Assembly: GCA_036274895.1 (NCBI GenBank)
Contig: DASUEU010000057.1
Location: 5,807-69,806 of the forward strand
Length of the DNA stretch: 64,000 bases
Direction: 5' to 3'
Source: Thermoanaerobaculia bacterium
GTDB lineage: Bacteria > Acidobacteriota > Thermoanaerobaculia > Multivoradales > SZUA-115
The notes under the pieces are model-generated. The model did no database searches and was not told the origin of the DNA. It worked only from the letters and a program-made list of their open reading frames with translations. The position numbers were made by a program, and so were the translations under genes. Below are positions 29,307 to 38,936 of the stretch, piece after piece; within the stretch, counting starts at the first letter, position 1; every line of letters begins with the position of its first letter.

Positions 29307-31808
29307 TCACTCCTGCCGCAAGGCCACCATCGGCTGGACCTTCGAGGCCCGGGCGGCCGGGATGGCGCCGGCGGCGAGGGCCACGATGGCCAGGGCGACG
29401 GCCGCTCCGGCCAGCACGGCGGGGTCGTGACCTTCGAGCTCGAAGAGTAGCGAGCGGCCGAGGCGGGCGAGGCCGAGGGCGGCGAGGATGCCGACCACGG
29501 CGCCCACCACGGTCATCCAACCCACCTGGCGCAGCACCATCACCCGCACGCGCTGGGCATCGGCGCCCAAGGCCATGCGCAGGCCGATCTCCCGCGTGCG
29601 CTGCGCCACGGTGTAGGCGAGCACACCGTAGAGCCCCACCGCCGCCAACAGGGTGGCGAGCAGGGCGAAGGCGGTCGACAGGGTACCGATCAGTCGATCG
29701 ATGAAGACGTTGTCGCGCACCTGCGCCGCCATGGTCTGGAGGTTCTCGACCGGCAGGTTGGGGTCGAGACGGCGGATCACCTCGCCGATGGTGGTCACCA
29801 GCTGCTCGGGAGCGAGGCCGGTGCGCACGTAGAAGTTGAGGGCGCCCACGCCTTCGTCCTGCCGGTAGGGGGTGAAGAACTGGGGCGGCACGGCCTGCTT
29901 GACGTCGCTGTACTTGGCGTCGGCCACCAGGCCGACGATCTCGAGGTCGAGCTCGGGGGCGGCCCGGCGGCTCATCGCCATGCGCTTGCCCACGGCGTCC
30001 CGGCCGAGGTTGAACTTGCGGGCGAAGGCCTCGTTGACGATCGCCACCTTGGGCGCGCCGACCACGTCGGTCCGGCCGAAGTCCCGGCCGGAAAGCAGGG
30101 GGATCCCCACGGTGGCGAAGAAGCCCGGGCCGATCTCGTTGAAGCTCGCCTGGGTGTCGGTGTCCGGCCCGGCCTCGAAGCCCTCGACCGAGACGCTGCT
30201 GCCCCAGTTGCTGCCGGCGATCAGGGGCACCATCGAGCCGGCCACGGTGGTGACGCCGGGAAGCCCCGAGAGCTCCTCTTCGACCCGCTCGAACAGGGCC
30301 TTCGAGCGCTCCGGTGTGTAGCCGGACAGCTCCGGCGAGACCGCGAAGACGACCAGATGGTCGGTTTTGAGGCCGAGATCGACGCGGCTGACGTTGGCGA
30401 GGCTCTTGGTGAACAGCCCCGCCGAGACCAAGAGCGCCATGGCGAGGCTGATCTGGCCGGTGACCAGCACGGCGCGGAAGCGGGCCGCCGCCCGCGTGCC
30501 GGAGGTGCGCGTCGCCTGGCCCTTGAGAATCGAGGCCAGCTCGGGACGGGTGCTGTGGAGGGCCGGGAAGAGCCCAAAGGCGAGGCCGGTGCCGAGGGCC
30601 AGGGCGGCGGTGAAGCCGAGCATCCGCAGATCCACCTGGAAAGACAGATTGGCGGTGGTCTGCGCCGGCAGCAGCGAGCGCAGCAGCTCCAGAGTCCAGC
30701 CCGCGGCCAGCAGACCGCCGAGGCCGGCCGCCAGAGCCATCAGCCCCGACTCGGTGAGCAGCTGGGCCACTAGCTGGCGGCGCCCGGCGCCGAGCGAAAG
30801 ACGGACCGCGATCTCGCCGGCGCGGCTCGCCGACCGCGCGAGCAGCAGGTTCGCGACATTGGCGCAGGCGATCAACAGCACGAAGGCGGTGGCCCCCAGC
30901 AGCAGCAGCAGGGGGGCGCGGGAGCTGCCGCGCACCGAGCTCTGGCCATGGCTGCCGGAAGAGAGCGAGACGGTCCGGACGCGGAACCGCGCCATCGTCG
31001 CCTCGCTCATCCCCTCCTGGAGAGGCGCCTCGACCTCGTTGATGAGGGCGGCGTACTTGCTGTTGAGGGCGATCTCGGCCTGCTGCCGTGATGCGTCCCG
31101 GGCCAGCCGGCCGAACAGGTACACCCAATAGCTGCGCCGGTCGTCGAGGCCCCGGAACCCGGGCACCACCGTCTCCCGCATCACGATCGGCACGAAGACC
31201 TGGGGCCGAGAACCGAGCGTCGTGCCGTAGAAGCCGGCCGGCGCCACGCCGACGATGGTCAGGGCCTGCCCGTTGACGGTCAAGGACTCGCCGACTACCG
31301 AAGAGCTCGCGCCGAAGCGGTTCTGCCAGTAATCATGCCCGAGCACCACGATCGGATGCGCCCCCGGGGTGCGGTTGTCGTCGGGGCCGAACAACCGGCC
31401 GAGGGCCGGCTCGAGTCCGAGGGTCGAGAAGTAGCGGCCCGAAACCAGCAGCCCCTCGGCGCTCGCCGTCTGACCGCGGTAGGCGAGGTTGGCCCCGAAG
31501 TCCCGGTGGGCGGCGACGGACAGCAGCTCCGGCGCGGCGTTCTCGAGGTCGCGGAACATCGGGTAGCTGAAGACCTCGTCGCAGTCCCCGGCGTTGCTAC
31601 AGGACTGTGAGCCGGGTTTCGGTCCCGGCGCCGAGAGGTTGACCAAGCGGTCCGGCTCCTCGACCGCAAGAGGGCGCAGCACCATCTGATCGAAGAGGGA
31701 GAAGATCGCCGAAGTGGCACCGATCCCGAGCGCCAGCGAGAGGCAGGCGATGCCGGTGACCAAGGGTGTCTGGGAGAGCGTGCGCAGGGCGAGGCGGAAG
31801 CTCAGCAT
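29307..31808 (-). CDS. FtsX/MacB-like ABC transporter permease (duplicated-permease, ADOP-type) without adjacent ATPase
   Basis: 833 aa. An N-terminal TM helix, a large periplasmic domain and FtsX 3-TM modules, all duplicated. The start lies 9 nt downstream of the decarboxylase stop. Confidence 0.85.
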   Translation of the reverse strand: MLSFRLALRTLSQTPLVTGIACLSLALGIGATSAIFSLFDQMVLRPLAVEEPDRLVNLSAPGPKPGSQSCSNAGDCDEVFSYPMFRDLENAAPELLSVAAHRDFGANLAYRGQTASAEGLLVSGRYFSTLGLEPALGRLFGPDDNRTPGAHPIVVLGHDYWQNRFGASSSVVGESLTVNGQALTIVGVAPAGFYGTTLGSRPQVFVPIVMRETVVPGFRGLDDRRSYWVYLFGRLARDASRQQAEIALNSKYAALINEVEAPLQEGMSEATMARFRVRTVSLSSGSHGQSSVRGSSRAPLLLLLGATAFVLLIACANVANLLLARSASRAGEIAVRLSLGAGRRQLVAQLLTESGLMALAAGLGGLLAAGWTLELLRSLLPAQTTANLSFQVDLRMLGFTAALALGTGLAFGLFPALHSTRPELASILKGQATRTSGTRAAARFRAVLVTGQISLAMALLVSAGLFTKSLANVSRVDLGLKTDHLVVFAVSPELSGYTPERSKALFERVEEELSGLPGVTTVAGSMVPLIAGSNWGSSVSVEGFEAGPDTDTQASFNEIGPGFFATVGIPLLSGRDFGRTDVVGAPKVAIVNEAFARKFNLGRDAVGKRMAMSRRAAPELDLEIVGLVADAKYSDVKQAVPPQFFTPYRQDEGVGALNFYVRTGLAPEQLVTTIGEVIRRLDPNLPVENLQTMAAQVRDNVFIDRLIGTLSTAFALLATLLAAVGLYGVLAYTVAQRTREIGLRMALGADAQRVRVMVLRQVGWMTVVGAVVGILAALGLARLGRSLLFELEGHDPAVLAGAAVALAIVALAAGAIPAARASKVQPMVALRQE

Positions 31809-31817
31809 GGGGGGGTG

Positions 31818-33323
31818 TTACGAAGAAACCCCCGGCCAGGTTCCACCGGCCACGTCCCGCGCGGCCTCGGCCAACACCGAGAGGGCCAGGTCGATGGTGC
31901 GCCGATGGGTGCGGAAGGCGAGCGCGGCCATACGCAGGGTGAAGCGGCCGTCGAGCTGGGTCGAGGACAGGAAGATGCGCCCGTCGTGGCGCACTCGGTC
32001 CACGATGGCCTGGTTGAGCCGATTGGCCTCGTCGAGGTCCATACCAGGCGGGCCCCAGCGGAAGGTGACGATCGACAGCTCGGGGGCGGGACCGACCTCG
32101 TAGCCCAGGGTCTGGACCTCGCGGTAGAAGTAGCGGGCGAGCAGCAGCTTCTCCTCGAGGGCCGCGCGGAAGGGCGCCAGGCCCAGCTGGACCAGGGGCA
32201 ACCACATGCGCACGGCCCGGAAGTGCTTGGACAGCTCGGGGGAGACGTCCGCCGGCGAGATCTCCCCCGGCTCGTTGAGCTCAGCATCCTGCATGTAGTG
32301 GCCGGAGGCGGTGTGGGTGGCCGCCAGGGCGCGGGCATCGCGCACCACCACGATGCCGGCGCCGTAGGGCAGGAAGAGCCCCTTGTGGGGGTCGAGGATC
32401 ACCGAGTCCGAGCGCTCGATGCCGGCGAGCAGCTGGCGGCCGTGCTCGGTCAAGAGGAAGAAGCCGCCATAGGCCGCGTCGACGTGGAACCAGCAGCCCT
32501 CCCGCCGGGCGATGCCGGCGATGGCGTCCAGGGGGTCCACGGCACCGGTGTCGGTGGCGCCGGCCGCGGCCGCCACCAGCCAGGGCTTGAGGCCGCGGGC
32601 GCGGTCGGCGGCGATCGCCTCAGCCAGGGCATCGGGGCGCATGCGGTAGCCCTCGTCCATCTCGACGTAACGCACCGGGGCCTCGCCCAGGCCGGCCAGG
32701 CGCAGGGCCTTCTCGAGACAGTGATGGGCCTGGTCCGTGAGGTAGACCACGGTCGAGGCGAAGTCGGCTCCCTTCAAGCCATGGGCATCCCGCGCCGTGG
32801 CGATCGCCGCGAGCGTCGCGAGGCTGCCGCCGGAGGCGATGTGGCCGCCGGCCGAGGCCGGGTAGCCCACCAGGTCGGCCACCCAGCGCACCAGCTGGTT
32901 CTCCATCCGCACGGGGCCCGGGCCGGTGAAGAAGATGCCCGCGTACTTGTTGGTGACGGCGGCGAGGTAGTCACCCAGGGCCGCGTGGTAGAGGCCGCCC
33001 CCCGGGACGTAGGCCAGGTGGCCGCCCGAGGCGGGGTTGCCGCCGGGCCGCACCACGTCCCGCTCCCAGGTCTCGAGCACGGCGGCGATCGGCCGGCCCT
33101 GCTCGGTGATCGGTGAACGCAGCAGGCCGATCCCCTTGTCCTCGGTGTCTTGGTAGGCCGGGAGGGAGTCGATCTCGGCCAGGAAGCGCTCGGTCGAGGC
33201 CACCACGGCTTGGCGCAGCTGCCGGCGGCGGGAGGCACCGGGCTCGAGGGGCCGGGCCTCCCGCTCCAGCCGGCGGAGCTCGGCGAGCAGGGCGGTGGTC
33301 TCGGGGTCTTGACGCTCCGGCAT
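31818..33323 (-). CDS. PLP-dependent group II amino-acid decarboxylase
   Basis: SVILDPHKGLFLPYGAG contains the PLP lysine (DPHK). Roughly 500 aa, typical of aromatic/glutamate-type decarboxylases. Confidence 0.85.
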   Translation of the reverse strand: MPERQDPETTALLAELRRLEREARPLEPGASRRRQLRQAVVASTERFLAEIDSLPAYQDTEDKGIGLLRSPITEQGRPIAAVLETWERDVVRPGGNPASGGHLAYVPGGGLYHAALGDYLAAVTNKYAGIFFTGPGPVRMENQLVRWVADLVGYPASAGGHIASGGSLATLAAIATARDAHGLKGADFASTVVYLTDQAHHCLEKALRLAGLGEAPVRYVEMDEGYRMRPDALAEAIAADRARGLKPWLVAAAAGATDTGAVDPLDAIAGIARREGCWFHVDAAYGGFFLLTEHGRQLLAGIERSDSVILDPHKGLFLPYGAGIVVVRDARALAATHTASGHYMQDAELNEPGEISPADVSPELSKHFRAVRMWLPLVQLGLAPFRAALEEKLLLARYFYREVQTLGYEVGPAPELSIVTFRWGPPGMDLDEANRLNQAIVDRVRHDGRIFLSSTQLDGRFTLRMAALAFRTHRRTIDLALSVLAEAARDVAGGTWPGVSS

Positions 33324-33455
33324 CGCAGGCCCTCTATCACAGGTTCACCCCCTTGAGACAGCTTCGGACCCGGTAGCGGGCACTTCCAGACGAGAGGTCG
33401 AGGAGAAGATCTCCTCGCCGGCAAACCAGATCGAACCGAATCTGTCCTTGGCTGA

Positions 33456-33475
33456 AGATCAGATCAGATCAGATC
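33456..33475. repeat. (AGATC)x4 tandem pentamer
   Basis: agatcagatcagatcagatc, directly abutting the 29-bp palindrome. Confidence 0.8.
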
Positions 33476-33499
33476 TGTCCTTGACAGAAGGACAGATCT
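33471..33499. repeat. 29-bp palindrome AGATCTGTCCTT-gacag-AAGGACAGATCT (a partial direct copy AATCTGTCCTTG sits at 33439-33450)
   Basis: Perfect 12-bp inverted arms. Lies in the divergent intergenic region between the decarboxylase and the AAA+ ATPase. Related copies occur at 34931-34992. Confidence 0.8.
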
Positions 33500-33520
33500 T
33501 CTGGCAGGCTCCTCGGCCTG

Positions 33521-34840
33521 ATGTCCCTCCACCCGGTCCTGCTGGAGAAGCTGAACACCGCCCTCGCACCCTCGCTGGCCCGTGCCCTGACCCGGCGCGA
33601 CGCGCGCTTGCCTGCCGTGCCCGGCAAGGTACACGCGGTGATCGGCATGCGGCGGGCCGGCAAGACCAGCTACCTCCACCAGTTACTGGCTGAGCAGCGC
33701 CACCAGCTCCCCCTGGAACGCGCTCTCTACCTCAGCTTCGACGACGACCGGCTGGCCGACCTGGCTGCCGATCAGCTCGGCCAGCTGCTCGAGGAGCACT
33801 ACCGCCGCTTTCCGGAGCTGCGGGGCCGGGAGCCGGTGCACTGGTTCCTGGACGAGATCCAGCTGGTGCCGGGCTGGGAGCGGTTCGTTCGCCGGGTGAT
33901 CGACTCCGAGCGAGTCGAGATCGTGGTCTCCGGTTCCTCCGCCCGCATGCTGAGCCGGGAGGTGCACACCTCGCTGCGGGGGCGCGGGATGGAGACCGTG
34001 ATCCGGCCCTTCAGCTTCCGGGAGTTCCTCCGGCACCGGGGCGAAGAGCCGGCCACGCCCGCGGCGCATTGGGCTGGCCCGCAGCGCTCACTGGTCGAGA
34101 AGCGCTTCCGTGAGTTCCTCCTGGAAGGCGGCCTTCCCGAGGTGCAAGGCCTCGCCACCGGCCTGCGGATCGAGATGCTCCAGGGCTATGTCAGCACCGT
34201 CCTCTTCCGCGACGTCGTCGAGCGCTACGGGATCACCCAGGTGGCGGCTCTGCGCTGGCTGACCCGGCACTGCCTGCGCAACGCCGCCGGCACGTTCAGC
34301 GCGCATCGCTTGACCCTCGATCTGCGAGCGCAAGGGCTGGGCGTCGCCAAGGACGTGGTGCACGAGATGCTCGGGCACCTCTCCGATGCTTTCTTGATCA
34401 GCGCCGTGCCGATCGCCACCGACTCCGAGCGGCGGCGCAACTCGAACCCGCGCAAGGTCTATCCCGTGGACCCGGGCTTCATCGGCGCCTTCGACATCAG
34501 TGGCCGTTCGAATCTCGGGCACGCGCTGGAGACCGTGGTGGCGAACGAGCTCGAGCGGCGCAAGACCGAGGTCGGCTACGTGAGAACCGCGAGCGGCTTC
34601 GAGGTGGACTTCCTGGCCCGGTCTCTCGAAGGCTCGGAAGAGCTGTTGCAGGTCTGCGCCGATCCCTCAGCCGAAAAGACCCGCCAACGCGAGCTCCGCG
34701 GCCTCGTCGAAGCTGCCGAGGAGCATCCCCGCGCGCAGCGCCGCCTGCTGGTGCTCCAGTACGACCACGCCCTGGCCCTCTCCGCCCCCGGCGTCCAGGT
34801 CCAGCCGGCCTACGAATGGCTGCTGGAAGGGTCCGGCTGA
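33521..34840 (+). CDS. AAA+ superfamily ATPase (COG1373-like, AAA_14/DUF4143)
   Basis: Walker A GMRRAGKTS. Walker B near VHWFLDEIQ. C-terminal DUF4143-like region. Confidence 0.8.
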   Translation: MSLHPVLLEKLNTALAPSLARALTRRDARLPAVPGKVHAVIGMRRAGKTSYLHQLLAEQRHQLPLERALYLSFDDDRLADLAADQLGQLLEEHYRRFPELRGREPVHWFLDEIQLVPGWERFVRRVIDSERVEIVVSGSSARMLSREVHTSLRGRGMETVIRPFSFREFLRHRGEEPATPAAHWAGPQRSLVEKRFREFLLEGGLPEVQGLATGLRIEMLQGYVSTVLFRDVVERYGITQVAALRWLTRHCLRNAAGTFSAHRLTLDLRAQGLGVAKDVVHEMLGHLSDAFLISAVPIATDSERRRNSNPRKVYPVDPGFIGAFDISGRSNLGHALETVVANELERRKTEVGYVRTASGFEVDFLARSLEGSEELLQVCADPSAEKTRQRELRGLVEAAEEHPRAQRRLLVLQYDHALALSAPGVQVQPAYEWLLEGSG

Positions 34841-34930
34841 GGCTCGGCCGGCAGGGCCCCCGCTCAGTCCAGAGGCAGGAAGAGCGCAAGGCATAGCGCC
34901 ACAGCGCGAAGAGCTTCACTGCGGCGCCGG

Positions 34931-34992
34931 ACAGATGTGTCCTTTCTGGAAGGACAGGTTCTTACAAATCTGTCCTCGATCGAAGGACAGAT
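34931..34992. repeat. two palindromes of the same family: TGTCCTT-tctgg-AAGGACA (34938-34956) and ATCTGTCCT-cgatcga-AGGACAGAT (34968-34992)
   Basis: Same ATCTGTCCT...AGGACAGAT core as 33471-33499. Located in the convergent gap between the ATPase and VOC genes. The minus-strand copy is followed by UUUGUAA and may act as a terminator. Confidence 0.75.
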
Positions 34993-35082
34993 CGTCCGCC
35001 ACCTTCTCCTCTCCACACCCAGCAAGGCAATGCCCGGCCCGGGCACCGCGCTCCCGAGAACCTCGACCATGGTGAGAGCCTG

Positions 35083-35469
35083 CTACCCAGCGGTCGGGTC
35101 CATCTGGGTCAAGCCCAGGATGTTGCCGTCCGGGTCGGTGACGTAGGCCAGCCAGGCGAGCCCGGGCACCGCCATCTTGGGCAGGGCGAGGCCGCCTCCC
35201 AGCTCGGCATTCTTGGCCAGGGCGGCGTCCAGGTCCTCGATCTGGACGGTGCAGATGAACGAGGTGACGGCCTGCCCCTGGACGGGGCCGGCGCCGCGCC
35301 GGGGCAGCAGGCCGCCGTTGATCCCTGGCTGATCAGGCGGGCCGGTCTGGATCAGCCAGTAGTCCATGGCGCCCATCCGGCTGAACGTCCACCCCAGCAG
35401 GGCGGAGTAGAAGTCAATCAGCACCTGCGGCTGCGACGCGTGGATCTCGAAGTGGGTGACACGGGCCAT
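35083..35469 (-). CDS. VOC (glyoxalase/bleomycin-resistance) family protein
   Basis: 128 aa with the typical VOC fold sequence (MARVTHFEIHASQPQVLIDFY...DPDGNILGL). Confidence 0.8.
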   Translation of the reverse strand: MARVTHFEIHASQPQVLIDFYSALLGWTFSRMGAMDYWLIQTGPPDQPGINGGLLPRRGAGPVQGQAVTSFICTVQIEDLDAALAKNAELGGGLALPKMAVPGLAWLAYVTDPDGNILGLTQMDPTAG

Positions 35470-35582
35470 GGGTCTCTCCCAAACGTCGCGAACGGGCGGG
35501 GTTGCAGGGGCGGGAGGGTATCGCAGAGCGGTTCGAGGCGGTAGGCACCTCCGACCCGGGGTGGTTTCCGGGCCGGGGGAGT

Positions 35583-35679
35583 GGGTAGGCTGGGTTAGGC
35601 CCGACCGGGCCGTAACCCAGCACCTGAAGACTCGACCGAGAGGCTGGGTTACGCCGCAGACGGCTAACCCAGCCTACCC
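35583..35679. repeat. nested inverted-repeat element with four alternating copies of GCTGGGTTA(G/C)G
   Basis: Outer arms GGGTAGGCTGGGTTAGG (35583-35599) and CTAACCCAGCCTACCC (35664-35679). Inner arms CGTAACCCAGC (35611-35621) and GCTGGGTTACG (35643-35653). Predicted ~100-nt double hairpin, intergenic between the VOC and BNR genes. Confidence 0.7.
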
Positions 35680-35718
35680 ATGCCGCGCTTCGAGAGAAGC
35701 GAGGAGTTCCGTTGCCCC

Positions 35719-38592
35719 CTACGGCAGCGGCTCGCCGTCGGCCGGTAGGCGCAGGGCGTAGATGCCTCTGCCGAAGGTGAAGGCGGTGAGCGTGGTGCCG
35801 TAGGCCTCCTTGCCTTCCGGGCCGCGATCGATCGTCAGGTAGCGGATGATCGTGTTGGGCAGGCCGTGCTGATAGCGCACCCAGGTCGGCGTCGTGGCGT
35901 CGATGTTGTTGGTGTAGTAGAAGCCGAACGAAGTCCCCACGAAGACCTGCTTTCGGTTGTACGGGTTCACCGCAACGGACCACGCCGGCACGTCCGGCAG
36001 ATTGCCCGTTTTGTTCTTCCGAATCCAGCTCGAGCCATTCCACCGGAACTCGAAAAGGTGGCCGGGTGTGGTCGGCGTGTTGTCGTCGAAGCCGCCCACG
36101 GCGGCGTAGAGCCGCTGGTGGTTGGTGGGATCGAACGCTGTGCCCAGGACGGCGCGGTTGGGCAGCACCTCGTTGGCGGAGTCCACGTCCCGCCACAGGG
36201 CACTGGTGTTCGGGGTGCAAGTGAACGTCGGCTTGTTGGCGTGCTTCTCCGTGCAGGTCGAGCCGGTGAAGGCGTTGTTCGTCCACCACAGCTTGCCGTC
36301 GTTGGTGCCCGCCGCCGCCCCCTTGGGCCGGCTGGGGGCGAAGGCCAGGCTGACGATCGAGGCACTGCCGCCGCCCTTGGTCAGGAGCGGGGAGATCACC
36401 GTCCAGCTCGGGCTGGTGGCGCTGTAGGAACCCGAGGCGTGGACGTAGTCCTCACCGAAGAGCAGGTTCGCGCAGCGCTCGTGAGTGCAGTGCCACGGGT
36501 TCAAGACCAGCGGCGCGACGAGGTCCGCCGAGCCCAGCTGCTCAGGGTTGCAGCTGTCCGTGAAGGGGCCGTCGGCGCCGCTGTCCGCCGAGCAGAACAG
36601 CCAACCGAAGGAGAACTCGGAGAACCACCAGCCGGCCGTCTCGCTGCCGGCGACGGGGTCGAACGCCGAGTGATAGCCGTCGCCGCCGATGCCGCGGCCG
36701 GTCGCCGTCAGATCCGCGGTGGTCGAGTCCCAGCTCGCCGTGCCGTTGTCCTGCATGCCGCCGAACAGCCATTGCACGCCATCCATCCCCGAGCCTGCGA
36801 AGTCGGCACCGGCCTGGCCGCCGTAGAAGAGCAGGGTGTTGAAACTATCGTTGAGCTGGCGCCAGGCGTTGGCGTCGCCGGCCTTGTCGTTCCAGTAAAC
36901 GCCGCCGTCATTGCCCATCAGGAACGTCGAGCCCTCGGTGCCCGGCACGAAGGCCATGGCGTGGAAATCCGGGTGGATCTTGCCGTACTCGGGGCAGAGG
37001 GGCTCGTAGGTCGCGGAGAGGTTGGTGAGCGTAATCGCGGAGTAGTCCGCGCTCACCTCGCCCTTGAACACGTCGATGTGCCCGAGGTAGAGGGTGCGGT
37101 CGTTCTCCGGGTCCACGGCCACGAACAGGTCGAAGAAATCCTGATAGGTGTAGCTGATCGTGGCGTTGCAGTTGAGGTGATCCTCCTCGCCGCTGCCGGC
37201 GAGGCGCGTCCAGGTCGTCGAGCCGCCATCCGGCCGCAGCACGTAGGTGCCCTCGGCACTGCCGGTCTCCAGGCTGTGGACCTGGGCGTAGAGGGTGAGG
37301 TGATCGTCCTTGCCGATGCCCCCGGCCAGCTCGATGCGGCCGGTCCAGCTGCCGTCCTCCCAGTAGGGGACGCCGTTGCCCGTGCCGGCGGGAAGGCCGG
37401 CGGAGAGGAGGGTGAAGTCCCCGGGCCAGGTCGGGCAGCCGGCGGCCGGCACGTTGAAGCGGTAGATGCCGTTGTTGCCGTTGGCGTCACCGCCGGTGTG
37501 CCCCACGGCCACGTAGGCCACGGTGGGCGTGGCGCGGGCATCGAGATAGATCGCGCTGACGCGGTTGATCGATTGCAGGGGCCCGCCGGAAACCGAGGGG
37601 TTGGTGTAATCGTTGCCGAAAGCGCAGATCTGCCAGGTATTGCCGGCGTCGTTCGAAAGGTAGAGATCGTTGCGCGTGCCGACCAGCACGGTCGAGGGCT
37701 GGTGGGGATCGACCTCGATGTCCTTGACCGCCTGGTTGTCCCAGCGGTTGCCGCCGGCCGGCAACGTCGGGGAGAACGGCGTGAACACGCTCGCCCCGAG
37801 CTGGGTCCAGGTGGCACCGGCGTCGGTCGACTTCATGATGCCGGCGCTGAATTGGGCGCGGCCCACGGCGTCCCCGGTGCCGACGTAGAGGATGCTCGAG
37901 TTGTTGGGATCCAGCTCCACGGCCCCGGCGGCCTGGCTGACGAAGTCCTTGTCGTCCCACAGCGGCGTCCAGACCTCGCTGCCCGAGCCCAGGTTGGTGG
38001 TCTTCCACAGGCCACTCGCGGCGAAGGCGGCGTAAGCGACGTTGGGGGAGCTCGGGTTCACGGCCAGGCCGTTGGCCGCCACGCGGCCCGAGACGCGGCC
38101 CCACTGGTAGGCGTCGTTGGTGGTGCCCACGCTGTCCACCGGCTGCGGGCCGTAGGAGACCCAGGTGTTCGTGCCTGGGGGAATGACACCTTCGCGGGCG
38201 AGGCGGGCGGCATTGGCCGGGGCTCCCGCCCAGGCCGGAGCGTCCGTAACGTGGCGGGCCACCCAGTCGCGAGCGCGATCCCAGGCCATCGGCGGGATCC
38301 GGCCGGTGGGGTAGGTGAGCAGGTGCCACTCCACCGCATCGGCGGTGTCGATCCGGTCGCCGTTGCCCAGGCGGAAGCCGGAGGGAAGGGCGCGAAGGTA
38401 GGCCTCCGAGCCGCGCTTCTGATGCTCCTTGCGGGCCTGGCGAGCCTGCGCGGGGTCGCCGGATGCCGCCCCTTGGTGAGCAGCGGGCGGCAGCATCCAG
38501 ACGGCCGCCGCCAGGGCGCCGAGGAACACCAGGGCAGGAATGCCGGCACGAGCTACGAGCCGTGGCCAGCGAGCTGATTGCGTCCTACTCAT
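35719..38592 (-). CDS. secreted BNR/Asp-box repeat protein (sialidase/GH74/Ycf48-like beta-propeller), 957 aa
   Basis: Start MSRTQSARWPRLVARAGIPALVFLGALAAAVW with AAGGAA RBS; the upstream track extension is rejected. Several Asp-box repeats (STDAGATW, SNDAGNTW). Confidence 0.75.
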   Translation of the reverse strand: MSRTQSARWPRLVARAGIPALVFLGALAAAVWMLPPAAHQGAASGDPAQARQARKEHQKRGSEAYLRALPSGFRLGNGDRIDTADAVEWHLLTYPTGRIPPMAWDRARDWVARHVTDAPAWAGAPANAARLAREGVIPPGTNTWVSYGPQPVDSVGTTNDAYQWGRVSGRVAANGLAVNPSSPNVAYAAFAASGLWKTTNLGSGSEVWTPLWDDKDFVSQAAGAVELDPNNSSILYVGTGDAVGRAQFSAGIMKSTDAGATWTQLGASVFTPFSPTLPAGGNRWDNQAVKDIEVDPHQPSTVLVGTRNDLYLSNDAGNTWQICAFGNDYTNPSVSGGPLQSINRVSAIYLDARATPTVAYVAVGHTGGDANGNNGIYRFNVPAAGCPTWPGDFTLLSAGLPAGTGNGVPYWEDGSWTGRIELAGGIGKDDHLTLYAQVHSLETGSAEGTYVLRPDGGSTTWTRLAGSGEEDHLNCNATISYTYQDFFDLFVAVDPENDRTLYLGHIDVFKGEVSADYSAITLTNLSATYEPLCPEYGKIHPDFHAMAFVPGTEGSTFLMGNDGGVYWNDKAGDANAWRQLNDSFNTLLFYGGQAGADFAGSGMDGVQWLFGGMQDNGTASWDSTTADLTATGRGIGGDGYHSAFDPVAGSETAGWWFSEFSFGWLFCSADSGADGPFTDSCNPEQLGSADLVAPLVLNPWHCTHERCANLLFGEDYVHASGSYSATSPSWTVISPLLTKGGGSASIVSLAFAPSRPKGAAAGTNDGKLWWTNNAFTGSTCTEKHANKPTFTCTPNTSALWRDVDSANEVLPNRAVLGTAFDPTNHQRLYAAVGGFDDNTPTTPGHLFEFRWNGSSWIRKNKTGNLPDVPAWSVAVNPYNRKQVFVGTSFGFYYTNNIDATTPTWVRYQHGLPNTIIRYLTIDRGPEGKEAYGTTLTAFTFGRGIYALRLPADGEPLP

Positions 38593-38784
38593 TCGGCTGA
38601 TTCCTTTGGACCGGACGGCGGGCCAGTTCCCGTCGTCCAAGGCGAGGCGAAGTAGAATCACCAGAGAGTTTGTGAACACACCAAAAGATACCATGTGAAG
38701 CCAGTGCAGGGCATCTCGATTCGATGGCTGCGCGACCGTTGAGGCGGCACCCGCCCGCGGCGAGCCCGGCGCCGGCGTTCTCGG

Positions 38785-38802
38785 CTGCTCAAGACTGAGC
38801 AG
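38785..38802. promoter_or_regulatory. palindromic operator CTGCTCA-agac-TGAGCAG (copy 1 of 3)
   Basis: 135 nt upstream of the first ABM-like gene. Shares the identical 16-mer TGCTCAAGACTGAGCA with the site at 46639-46658. Same half-sites as the perfect palindrome at 51027-51050. Confidence 0.6.
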
Positions 38803-38936
38803 ATCCCCCCCGCTCGGGACGGTAGAGTCACCGCCAGCTCCGAAGCCGTTCGCCATCCCGAGCCGCGCACCCCTGGAATGCGGGTGCCGATACGGGTCTC
38901 TCTCTGCTTCGGGCGTTGCGGAGGTCCGTTTCAGCG

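Noticed and set aside
33456-33475. (AGATC)4 repeat as a possible CRISPR or phase-variation tract
   Set aside because: Only four 5-bp units. No spacers and no cas genes. It is intergenic, so not in a coding frame.
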